Assembly: GCA_964016885.1 (NCBI GenBank) | Contig: OZ024750.1 | Location: 7,068,001-7,132,000, forward strand | From: Eledone cirrhosa | Lineage: Eukaryota | Direction of reading: 5' to 3' | Length of the DNA stretch: 64,000 nucleotides | Shown here: piece after piece, positions 47,301 through 59,100 of the stretch | How the letters are laid out: the number at the start of each line of letters is the position of its first letter | Position numbering within the stretch: the stretch's first letter is position 1 | Notes under the pieces: model-generated | Databases searched by the model: none | The model's input: the letters and a program-made list of their open reading frames with translations, nothing else | What the model was told of the DNA's origin: nothing | Program-made: the position numbers and the translations under genes

Positions 47301-50300
47301 CCTGCTGAGGTTAGCTTTACCTTTCATCTTATGGTGCATGACTTAGTGGTTAGAGCATTGAGCTTGCAATCGAAAGGTTGTGAGTTCAATTCTCAGACCA
47401 GGTGATGTGTTGTTTCCTTGAGCAAGACACTTTATTTCACATTGCTCCAGTTTACTCAGCTGTAGAAATGAAATGATAGTATTGGGGTCTCTATCATTAA
47501 ATCACCCAAGACACTTCCAACGAGATATACCTTGGAGGAGGCCAGCTAAACCTGCATAGGTGTGACCTGTCACACACACTTACGGGGTCGATAAAATAAA
47601 GTACACTGTGGTCGATTTAATCGACTTTCCCTTCCCTTCCAATTGATGGCCTTGTGCCTATGTAGAAACCATTATTTACAATAAAATAAAGTACCAGTAA
47701 TGCACTGGGATAATTGCTGGCTTTGTGCCTATTGTAGAAACCATTATTTATAGTAACAATACCTCACTATGTATATTTTGGTTGTATAATACTTTAGATG
47801 TTATTCTTCATATTCTTCAATTCTTTGAAACATTCATTATTTTCAGAATGGTATTTGTTCTGGAGGTGCAGATAAGAATATTAAATTTTGGACATTTGAA
47901 TGGCTAGTTATCAGTTCTGAAAATGATGAACCCAGGTAAGTCACAAAACTATATTTATTCTTCATTATCAGTAGAGGGTCGGACGCCATTCTTTGCGGCA
48001 CAGAGTTACGGCCCTTTATGGTCTGAGTTCAAATCCCACCGGGGTTAACTTTGCCTTTCTTCCTTACGGGATCAATGAAATAAAGTACCAGTAATACACT
48101 GGGATAATTGCTGGCCTTGTGCCAAAAGTAGAAACAATTATCATAACTCACCACTGTTTATCTCCTGGATACAATCCCCAGTATATTACAGGGTTTCAAC
48201 CAAACATTTCAGTTAATTAGTCATTAATTCAGGTTTTCATTTGGCTTATTGGAAGATTAATTATAAAGATTTTTACTTTTGTTACGAGGGAAGGGATATA
48301 GTCAATTGATTTGGGCCCCCAGTTCATTACTGCTACTTCATCATCATCATCGTTTAACATCCATCTTCCATGCTAGCATTGGGGAAAATGGACTTTAATT
48401 GATGGTGGTGGTGGTGGTGGTGTTGATGATGATGATGGTGGTGGTGTTGATGATGATGATGGTGGTGGTGGTGTTGAGGATGATGGTGGTGGTGGTGTTG
48501 AGGATGGTGGTGGTGTTGAGGATGATGGTGGTGGTGTTGAGGGTGATGGTGGTGGTATAACAAATAGACTTTTTCCTTTTTTTTTTATCAGTTTTTTTTG
48601 CTATCTATTTGTTGGTTGTTTTTGTAATTGTGATTATTGATATTTTTTCTTCAGAAAACAACTGACTTTGGAACATCAAAGAACTTTGCAGATGGACGAA
48701 GTGGTTCTCACTGTCATGTACAGGTATGTATATGGTGTATATAGCAGTTCTTGTTGTCGTGTACATGTATGTATATGGTGTATATAGCAGTACAGGTGTG
48801 TATATAGTGCTTCTTACTGTCATGTACATCTAATTTATAGATTTCTGTCTTCTATGACTGATTTTCTTAGTATTTAGATTAAATGTAGCGTTTGTGTGTA
48901 AGTCTATGTGTGTGTGTGTGTGTATGTATATGTGTGTGTGTGTATGTATATGTGTGTATGCAACTCAACAACAATAGAAATAATCACAAATAATGTTTAC
49001 AATTGTGTTGAAATGATAGACGTGTGTTGTTATATTTTAATCTAATTTCCATATGATGATGATGATGTGTATTTTACTTGACTAGTCCTGACAACCGGTT
49101 GGTGTGTGTCGCTCTCATGGATAATACAGCTAAATTATTTTATACTGATACATTAAAGGTAAGGATATATTTTTTTTCTGTTTTAAAGTTAATTTTGAGA
49201 TCTATGAGGGTTGCTGTTGTTGAATCACAACCCCTGTACTGTTTCCATGCTAAAAATATTGTACTCTCCCCTACCCCTCATATGGTGTCTAGTCATCTGG
49301 TGTCAACTCATCTAGAGTCAAGTCATTTGCAATGTGAACTAGGACAATACTTATGGTAAAGTCTGTACTCAAAATCGCAAATAAAGTCTATGGCAGAACA
49401 AACTGAAGTTATAAAGCTTATTTTTATACTGTAACTATGGCACTATCTGTAAAACATTTTTTTAGATTTTCGTTCACCATAACCCTAACTTTTAAATAGA
49501 ATTCATATAATTAGGTATATTTCCTTTTAAGTATTATTTTCTATCTGGAATGTTTAATTTTCCCTTCATATGTAAATGTTTTATTTTTAGTAATATTTAT
49601 AATTTTGTTTTTGTGATTCTTTATTGTATATTTTCTTTTTTTTAAAATTTAGTTTTTCGTCTCGCTTTATGGTCATAGTATGCCTGTACTGTGTCTAGAT
49701 GTATCATCTGATAGTGAACTAATAGTCACTGGTTCAGCAGATAGAGATATCAAGTTATGGGGTGCAGACTTTGGAGATTGTCACAAGTCACTTTTTGCAC
49801 ATGATGGCAGGTAAGACATAACAGTTAAACCTTTTGTCTTTAGGTTCATCTAGTAGCTTTACCGATATCATTTATTTAGGAAATTGTAATGATAATATGA
49901 ATTACAAACATAATTCCCAAGCTTTTATTTAACAGATATCATCATCATCACCACCATTTAACAATGTATTTTATATTTTATTGACTGTTTTGTGGTCTTT
50001 ATCTTTCAGTGTCACTTGTGTTAAATTCATTCCAAAGACACACATGTTTTTCTCATGTGGGAAAGATAAAAAAATCCGCCAGTGGGATGGAGATCATTTT
50101 CTACCAATTCTAACATTACAGGTAATCCTTTTTTTAAAATTAATTTTACCTTGAGTTATTTTCTATAGAATCCAATCCAATCCAGGGCCTACTCACCCCT
50201 GTAGGAGGAACCCCTCCCTGGTTGATCTCCACCGCTTTTTGTTTGGATTTGGTCATGTCTTCAGGAGGGTAGCTGTCCGTACTCACCACTCTTGCCTATT

Positions 50301-53300
50301 GTGGGTTGGTGACCCATAGTTGAGGTGGATGGTCATTGATTCTGGGGAGTTCATCCACCCTTTTAACAGCTCTTATTTTTTATGCTGCTGAGGTCCTACT
50401 TACTCTCCCACACCAGACCCTGGTCTGGTGTGGGAGCTGGTTTAGTCACCGACCACTCAACCATAAAGCAAGTATTTCTGGGTTACATGGTACCAGTATC
50501 AGGCAGAAACCTGACTCGACAAATGTCAGGCTTGTATAGAATATAACCATTTAAATGATCTTGGTATTTTATATTTATTTCTACTGAGAATTCTTTTATC
50601 CAAAGACAGTAAAGAACATCTTTTCTAACCTATTCTACCAATTTATTATTCTCTTAACCTTTTCAATAATTGTCACATGAAAATGAATATCCAAAGTCTT
50701 TGATACTCAAATTATCATCATCATACGCCCGCTTTTCTCTGCTTGCAAGGGTAGGGAAAAGTGGACATATACTGTATTTATAGTTACACCATTCTAATGT
50801 CATAAATATTTTCCCATATCTATATTTTAGGGTCATCAAGATCAAATTCGTTGTTTAGCTGTGAGCCCTAGTAGTAACTTTATGGTGTCAGCATCTCAGG
50901 ACAAATCAATACGTTTGTGGGAGAAGACAGAAGAAATAGTGATACCTGATGAAGAAAAGGAAATGGTAAACAGATTTTTCTTTACAAAAATGTAATTTAT
51001 AATTTTAGACTCTAAAACTTTACCAGAGAAGCTTAACAAGGAGATCTCTCTGTAATTGGAACAATACTTCTTTATGATCCAAATCTACAGTATCAGAGCC
51101 ATGGAACTTTGTTGAGGAAACCCTGTCTATATCTAGATGGTAGCATCTAGCCTCTTCTACTTGTTCCTGCTCCTTACCTGTAAGGGTTGTGATGTTCCAG
51201 GTTCTAATTGTCAAGGATTGTTCCCTCCCTGACTCTTTTATGTCTCGGGATTGTGTTATGATTTTACCAAATTTAAAATATATTAATTCAGTTAGTTCCT
51301 TGATATGACATCTTTTAAACTCTGGTCTTTAATTCTTTAGGAAAGAGAAGAGGAATTGGATAAAGAATATGAAGAAACAGAATTACAGGTAAGTTAGTTT
51401 TATATAACAAATGGCTTTTTTTTTAATCAAGGAACAAGGGGCTGTTTGGTATCAGTTCCTGAGTTCTAAGTAAGGGTTAAGATTTTGATTATACTGATTT
51501 ATGGTAACTTTTTCCTCTATCTTTAACCCTTTAGCATTTAAACCGGCTATATCTGGCCAGAATTCTCTCACCTCTTTATGTTCAAACCAGCCATAACCAG
51601 CCACTCATTCTGATATTAAGGTATTATTTTCAAAATAAATAATATCAAAATCTCATAGATTCGATATTATGTGAGGTAAAGTCTTTACCATGAAAATATA
51701 ATAGTAAATATAGAGTAATGTAAATGCTGAAGGGTTAAAGGTCTTCAGCCTATTTTATAAGCTCTTTTATAGTATCTCCACACATGAGCACACTATTCTT
51801 TATAAAACTTATATTTTTACAAGAAATAAACACTTATGTATTATCTCATTTTTAATAAATGTTTTTCTTTTATCTTTTTAGATCCCAGGAGAAGTTACTA
51901 AAGAAGTTAGCCATGCCTCACGTATGTCTCTCGAAACAGTAAAATCTGTGAGCAAGACATTTTCTAAATTTACTCACTTTATTTCATTGATTTCTCTTAT
52001 AAAATCAGAAGTTTGCAGTATTTAAACTAGTCTAGTATCGTCTCGTGGCTTAGTTTATTTTCATTGATTTATTCAGTATACCTTAGTGATGGTATAGTCC
52101 CGTAACTCCTGATGGAGTTGTAGGGGCACCTTTTGGCATTGCTTGGGCATTTTAAGCCTGGCAGAGCCCATCTCTCTCCAAGTCTAAACACAGCTGATTT
52201 CTTCCAGAGAAGGAGAGAGAGTGAGAAAGAGATATAGAGGAATAATTGACTCCAGTATTTGACCGGTACTTTTTTTTTTGAAAGTATTAAAGGCAAAGAT
52301 GACCTCAGCTGGATTTGAAAAATATTCATGAAAATGGTGGAGACCTGAAATTAATATTTAACATTTAGTTTGGTGTATCATTCTCTTGAATTATTTTATC
52401 TGAACAATTGTTATATCTTTTATGTAATTTTATATTTTATTTAGATTGATAAATTAATGGAAGCAATCAGTCTTCATCAAGAAGAATCTAGAAAACCAGA
52501 AAAAGAAAGAGTAAGTCCATAACTTTTTAATTTCATCATTATCATCACTGATCAATGACTATTCTCTACATCGGTTAGATGGCTGTTGCTGACGCCAGAC
52601 TGGTCAGGGGACTAGGTCCTACTCATACACTTTGCTTTAGCTTGGTTTCTATGGCTGGACGTCTTTCCTAACACCAACCATATAATAGCGTCTACTGGGA
52701 GTATTTTATTGTGACTCTGATACTAACACCTTACAGGGTGGGCTGGGTGCTTTTTGTTGTGGCATTGTAGTTTGAACACAAGCATGATTTGATCTGCCTT
52801 TCACTGTAAGAGAGAAGCCCTTTGTTGCTAGCAAAGATAACAACAGTTCCATAAACTTCTTCCACTGTGTACTCATTATTTTCTATATATATATTGCATT
52901 GGTCTGGAGGAATGGGTTGTGTCTTTGGCATTTAAAGTTTTTACCCAAACATTTATAGGGCTTAATCTGGCAGGTGCTCTGTAGGCTGAACCTAGTAACA
53001 CCTTTATTAATGATATATTTTTTGAGCCTCATCAGAAGGGATGTTTTTTTTCCTCTCTTAAACTAATACTTATAATGTCGTATCTTTTCTATCTATACAC
53101 ACTCACACATCTTTTCTCTTTATACTTAAGTATAAATTATTGTAATTAGAAAATTAAATCTTATACATTTTAGACATATTTTAAGAGAAAATGTTCATGT
53201 AATAACTTACTGTTTCATTTTTAGATTGCAGATGCGGCAAACAACCCATTTCTATTAGCGTACGGTGTTGATGACACTCTGAAATTTGTCCGAGAAATCT

Positions 53301-54930
53301 TTAAACGAATTAATGCCAGGTAAGTGACACGTTTTGTAAAACTTTGTTACCATAAGAAGTAATTACTTTGAGAATGGTAGACATTCATATTATGTGTGAG
53401 TGATGAGTGTTACTGTTATAGGACAGTGGAGTGAGTCTCAGTGCTAGGTGGTGAATGATGCTGTCATTTGAACAAGTGTCAGTGGTTAGTGTTGCTCTCA
53501 CTATGATAAGCCAGTGGAGTTGAGTGTCAGTGGTAGGTAGTGAGTGTTGCTGTCACTGTTTAAGCTAGTGAAGTATGATAGGTGTTGCTGTTGTAAGCCA
53601 TTTGAATGATGCTGTTTTTTTATCCTACTTAGTTGTTCTCTTATCTACCGTAATATTTGTTGTTTAATTACAGTGAAATGAATGGTACATTATTGGGTCT
53701 CCCATATCATTGTGCTGTTATTCTTCTCAAGTTGTTGCATACATTTGTTACATCAAAATGGTGTACTATGAAGTCTGTAAATGCTATATTATTTCTGCTC
53801 AGGTAAGTGAATATAAAACAGTTCAACCCTTTACTTACCAACCTGGCCAAAACTAACTCTGGTTCTATGAAATAAAACCACCCATTTTAAAGATTTCCAA
53901 TTTAAATTAGAATCTTCCAACATAATCTCATATAAGAATCTTACATTAAGTTACTATCTTAGTAATGAAATAATAATTTTAGTAAATCCCTCAAAATTCT
54001 TCATTAATTGATTAAAATAGAGTAATGAAAGGGTTAAAAAGGTATTAGTTAATATGAACAGTATTTAGGTGAAGTTTAGTAACTGAGTTGTTGTGATATC
54101 AATTTATTGGTCATACATTCAGTCCCTATAATAATTATTACTTGGTTCCTGGAGATCAGTAGCTCCACTTTAGTACTGACTTTGTCTATGTAGACCTGTC
54201 AAACCCTTGCTAGCAGGGAAAGCGGATGTTAAAATGACAATGATGATAATTTTCTATGTTGACATAATTAATGGTTTCTTCTAATTCTCTTTCCAGAATT
54301 CATCACAACCAGTTGCTGGTTGATAAGAGCATTCTTCCATTTTTATTGAAACTAAATGAAGACATCCAAGAACATGTATCAGAACTAGTGGTAAGAATTC
54401 TTCTGTTTTATTGTATCAAACAAACTGTTTAAGAAAGCTGGTACAATGTGGTAGAAATATATAAAGGGCAAAGGATGACAAATAAAATAAAGCAGTAATT
54501 TGTTACATATTTTATGATACTTCTCATTAACTATACTAAATTGTTTGTAGCTAATTTTGTTTTCGTATATCACCATTTTAATCTGTAATTCTAATTGAAG
54601 TGTTAAGCTCACTTTTCCTTTTTTATTATTTTATAGTAACTCCCGCCTCACTGGGTTGACAAAATAAAGTACCAGTAACACACTGGTGTCGACTTTCTCC
54701 TCCCTTCAAATCAGAAACCATTATCGTATAGTAATTCACTATTTAATGTCTGTTTTCATGCTAGCACCTGTTAGACATATTAATGACAATTATTTGTTTT
54801 CTATACTAATGTTATTCATCTCTATTTCTAGGACACAAGTGGCTATAATCTTTACGCTCTAAAGATGCTGCAAAGACAATATAATAATGGTGATATATCA
54901 GACAACTTTGAAATTACTGATGTTAAATAA
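39094..54930 (+). CDS. WDR3: WD repeat protein 3 (UTP12/DIP2, SSU processome), 25 coding exons, ~896 aa
   Basis: Starts [10 protein letters not shown]. Exons 39094-39264, 39962-40171, 40523-40641, 41101-41179, 42423-42512, 42660-42752, 43004-43108, 43881-43972, 44264-44378, 45205-45392, 46336-46429, 47096-47197, 47847-47935, 48655-48723, 49086-49158, 49653-49810, 50010-50121, 50831-50965, 51341-51388, 51882-51947, 52445-52510, 53225-53319, 53674-53802, 54297-54390, 54832-54930. All introns are GT-AG, total 2691 nt in frame. Motifs include [10 protein letters not shown] and [48 protein letters not shown]. Confidence 0.96.
39600..39717 (-). mobile_element. Family-A SINE, 5'-truncated
   Basis: Core and tail, reverse complement. 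Confidence 0.8.
41379..41572 (+). mobile_element. Family-A SINE, full length
   Basis: ggcggtggattggcagtatcggtagagggtcgg..gagttcaaatc..gtagaaacaattatta. Confidence 0.88.
41657..41830 (-). mobile_element. SINE/LINE 3'-tail family C ending in (GAT)n; copies also at ~26490-26620, 40215-40360, 46095-46260, 61270-61430
   Basis: catcatcatcgtttaacgtccatctt..gcatgggtt..tggctggatgcccttyctaacaccaaccac recurs on both strands. Confidence 0.75.
42815..42960 (+). mobile_element. Family-A SINE
   Basis: Head and core match the 41379 copy. Confidence 0.8.
45413..45604 (-). mobile_element. Family-A SINE, full length
   Basis: Near-exact reverse complement of the 41379 and 63718 copies. Confidence 0.88.
46742..46926 (-). 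mobile_element. Family-A SINE
   Basis: Reverse-complement copy. Confidence 0.8.
47966..48141 (+). mobile_element. Family-A SINE
   Basis: Nearly full-length copy. Confidence 0.8.
48400..48556. repeat. Compound (GGT/GAT) trinucleotide microsatellite
   Basis: Directly visible; lies in a WDR3 intron. Confidence 0.95.
51075..51215 (-). mobile_element. LINE APE endonuclease N-terminal fragment
   Basis: [36 protein letters not shown]. Confidence 0.6.
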
Positions 54931-55508
54931 TAATAATAATAATAAAATATGTTTATATAATTTTTCTGTTTGAGTTCAGATTTTTTTTTCTATTTTCTCT
55001 CATTAACCCTTTAGCATTCCAACCGGCCAGAATTATCTCACCTCTTTCTGTTCAAACTGGCTGTAACTGGCCCCTCATACTCACATTGAGGTATTGTGCT
55101 CAAAATATATAATATCAAAATCTCATAGATTCAATATTATGTGAGGTAAAGTCTTTACTGCAAAAATACAATAGTAAATGCTAAAGGGTTAAACAATGTT
55201 GAACAGCAAAATAACAAATTCTCTTCCAATCAGTCATGAGCTTAAGGGTGGTTATATCTATGGTTGGAGCTTTGCTGATTCAAGTTCAACCACAAACAGG
55301 TCTAACAAACAAGGTAGGCATTATTTGGTCTCTCTATCTTCAATGGTCGACACAAATTTCATCAAGCTTTTATATTTAAAGTGAAGTCTTTTACTCCAGC
55401 AATAGGAATCTTGAGGTTTCGAGGATGATCTGTGAAATTAGATTACAAGCTACCAAACACAACTGAAACCTAACTACAACTATTTGTATGCTCAATTGTT
55501 GAGAAACA

Positions 55509-55724
55509 TTAACCCTTTAGCATTAACATTACTCTATATTTACTTTTGTATTTTCATGGTAAAGGCTTTACCTCACATAATATCAAATCTACGATATTTT
55601 GATATTATTTATTTTGAGAACAATACCTTCACATCAGTATGAGTGGCCAGTTACAGCTGGTTTGAACAGAAAGAGGTGAGAGAATTCTGGCCGGATATGG
55701 CTGGTTTAAATGCTAAAGGGTTAA
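55509..55724. mobile_element. piggyBac-like MITE family 1; copies also at ~8708-8904, 11948-12151, 31069-31282, 44808-45026, 51523-51738, 55003-55192, 60164-60364
   Basis: TTAA-ccctttagcatt ... aatgctaaaggg-TTAA: TIRs beginning with CCC, flanked by TTAA, around a shared ~200-bp interior. Confidence 0.85.
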
Positions 55725-56171
55725 TATTCACTGAGTTTCTAAACATTCTTATCTGACAGGCCCTCCCTTCATCTAGATTTAACAAGTAAAAAAAAAAAAA
55801 AAAAATTTATATATTGGAGATAAATAATTTATTTTATTACATAAAAACGTTTCCAATTCATTTGTGAACGTATTGAAGATCTATGTTGGATTTCGTTAAG
55901 CTTATCAAACTCTATTAAATAAAAGTTTCTGTATAGACTTTGATGAAAAATATTGATATAAAAAGGTTGAAGTGTACATATGTGCTCTTTTACTCACTTT
56001 GTTTTAAAATTATCGTGTGTTGGGGGTCTGACAAGTAAAAAAATAGATCTGAATCATAATAGAAAGCATTTAAAACTGCCTCGTAAAAAATAATGTGATG
56101 AATTGTACGTAAAATAAATAGTTAAACCACGTTAAAGATGAACAGTTGCTTTCCTAAATATACTTCTGGTA

Positions 56172-59100
56172 TCAACTAACGTTAGGAGCAGGATCCATCT
56201 TCTCATCAATTAGTTTTAAATTGTCAACAGTCGGTAAATCTTCGACCAAATTCCATTTCTGAGAAAAATTATCTGTGAAGAAGAAAGAAAAACTCACTGA
56301 TGAATAGGACACAACTTTACAGTTATTAGGGTTAATACTCTCTGGGGACCTTTCATTTTACAGATATTAGGGTTAATAATCTCTGGGGACCTTTCATTTT
56401 ACAGATATTAGGGTTAATAATCTCTGGGGACCTTTCATTTTACAGATATTAGGGTTAATAATCTCTGGGGACCTTTCATTTTACAGATATTAGTGTTTAT
56501 AATCTCTGAAGACCTTTCATTGCTAATCAGACAACAATAACTGCAACTTTATTATCAGAAAATATTTCAAAGCACGAAATATGACTTATAGAGTTTTACT
56601 CACATATCTGGGGTAGATTTAGTGTAGATAATACCTGTGTGGGAAAAGTTATCTATTGATAGATAACTTTTCCCACACAGGGGTAATAAACTCTCCCATA
56701 GAAGTTAAAGGCTGAAACACTTGCTTGAGGAAAGGGGGAGGGGTGTTCTTCTCTGAAGACCTTCTGCTGTCCAGTTCTCCTGAGAGTTTCTTACCACTGT
56801 GGGAAAACTTATCTATTAAAGAAGTATCATCTGCCGATGAGTGCATGCAAGAAGCTTGGGCATACAGTGAGGGGTTGATTGCAGGAACACCATCAAAACC
56901 CTTCATCCTGTTGGGACGAAGGGACCAAGGTAGCTTCTATACTAGGTAGAGTTATGGAAGGGTTAGATTGTGTGTGTGTGCTGAATGACATCGGAAATGA
57001 AATGATGGTGGTAGTTGCAGATGTGTTGTGAATAATCATCTTAGTTAATGAGTTTTAAATAGAGTCCTACAAAGTTAAGAGATTTTATAAGTGAAAAACC
57101 AGAAAGCCTATCTGCCAGTTAAATGATATTTTGTTTTCCTGGTAGCCATCTTGTACAGTGAGGATTTAAAACGTAGCTCAACTTCATAGGTCAGCAGGGA
57201 ATATTAAAACGTAGCTCAACTTCATAGGTCAGCAGGTAATATTAAAACATAGCTCAACTCCATAGGTCAGCAGGTAATATTATTAAAACGTAGCTCAACT
57301 TTTATGAAATTACATGTAATGTTATTAAAACATTTAGCTCCACATAGTATATAAGACAGATGTATTGGGGCCCTATAATTAAAAAAAAGGTGGGTCTAAT
57401 ATGCCATCAAATGCATTACATGCTAACAAATATGACACTACTTTCCTTCCACTTAAAAATCAAAAGTGATGTTAAATAAAAGTATGGAATTTATAATTCA
57501 ATTAACCAAAAGAGTGAAATAGTTCCTTAATACTGATAACTACCTTCAAGAGAATTTGTGTCCAAATGAGTAACTGATGGTGGTGCTATGAATGTCAATG
57601 AGGTGCTGGTAGAGGCAGATATGTTCTTGTTTTCTGGTGACTTAATAGGGACAACGTTATTCTTTTTTTTCCTTCGTTTAACCTTCTCAGGCTTCGCTGA
57701 AAAGAAAGATAATTAAAATATCTGTTAATGTATCTCTTTAATCATGATAGATGAAGACATCTTAGAATCTGACCATTGCAAAGTATTTTTCTCATTTAAC
57801 CCTTTTGTGACCATATTTATAATGAAATATACTCTCTTTCAATGGATTAATTATTTTGTTCCTAATATAATAACTTAAAATATTGTTCTTGTATAATACC
57901 ATGTTGGAAGATCTAAATTTATATAGGAATTATTTGAAATAGGTGGTTTTCTTTCATAGAACCAGGGCCGGTTTTGGCAAGTTTGGTCTCTACAGGGTTA
58001 AGCATAATAATCTGAGTAAATGTGAAAGAAAAGATAAAACTTAGTCTTTACTTTAGTTATTATACTTATATATGTAATAGCTCAAGTAAGAACTAAATAA
58101 AACAAGATTGGCATGACCCCTGCTAGATGTTTTTCAGGCTGCTTCATGGAGTTGGTGCAGGTTTAAGCATGAAGTGTCTAGGTTGTATGACACTTGGGTG
58201 TGAAAGTTTAGGGAGAAATGAAGAGAGGTATCATCTGTGTAGATAGAAGCATGCATTGTTGGAAGTGATGGCAAATAAGTTAGTGGGACATAAACATACA
58301 AACAACAACAACAAAAATACAAACATATCTATCAAAAAAGCAGAAACTCACTAAGTTCATTTAAAGGCTGCAAAATGGAACTTTTTGAGTAGGCTTTTGT
58401 GGTTTTCTCTGGCGGTGGTCTGCAAGTGGTGGTATCACTCTTGCTTAAATAACAATGGCTGGTAACATGTTGATTTTTATCTTGTTCATGTTGGGAACTG
58501 CGAATATCTGATGAGGAGGGTAAGAACTGTTCACCATTGTCTGAATCTGTTGTCAGTGGCAACAACTGACTTTCTTCACATTCAGAACTTTCTACTTTTG
58601 GACGGTTCATTATATTTGGTACATTTACTGTGTTACTTCCATTGGTTTCCTGAATTTAGTAAAAAAAAGAACATTTTTTTTTCAGTGATTTAATATTGCA
58701 ACAACAGACGCAGACCAACACTAAACAGATGCAGTTTAAGACTGTATACACCAACATAGTTTGTCTCATTAGATATATATCTTGTAATTTCTATAAAGAG
58801 TCAGTTATACAGTACCTTGGTAAAATATGTACCATCAAGTCTTTTGAAAGGATCTGCAGTATCTTGATCAGGGGTAGGACAACCAGAAACTTCTATTGTG
58901 TCACCTTGCTCTTTCTCCCTTAAAAGTAATAAAATATTTGTTGACCTGTCCAAAGTTTTTGTTGTATTTTATTAAGACATTTTTCTAGGCATTATAAAGT
59001 AAAGATATTTGATTAGCAACAAATTTGACATTTAATCAACTAGAATGTTACCTGTCATATTACGATGGGTAACTTTTTGTCACTGTGGATAATTTTAACA

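Noticed and set aside
48354-48563. Poly-His ORF
   Set aside because: Translation of a trinucleotide microsatellite on the antisense strand of a WDR3 intron.
53020-53042. Additional hammerhead (CTGATGA, minus strand)
   Set aside because: No stem II or GAAA partner.
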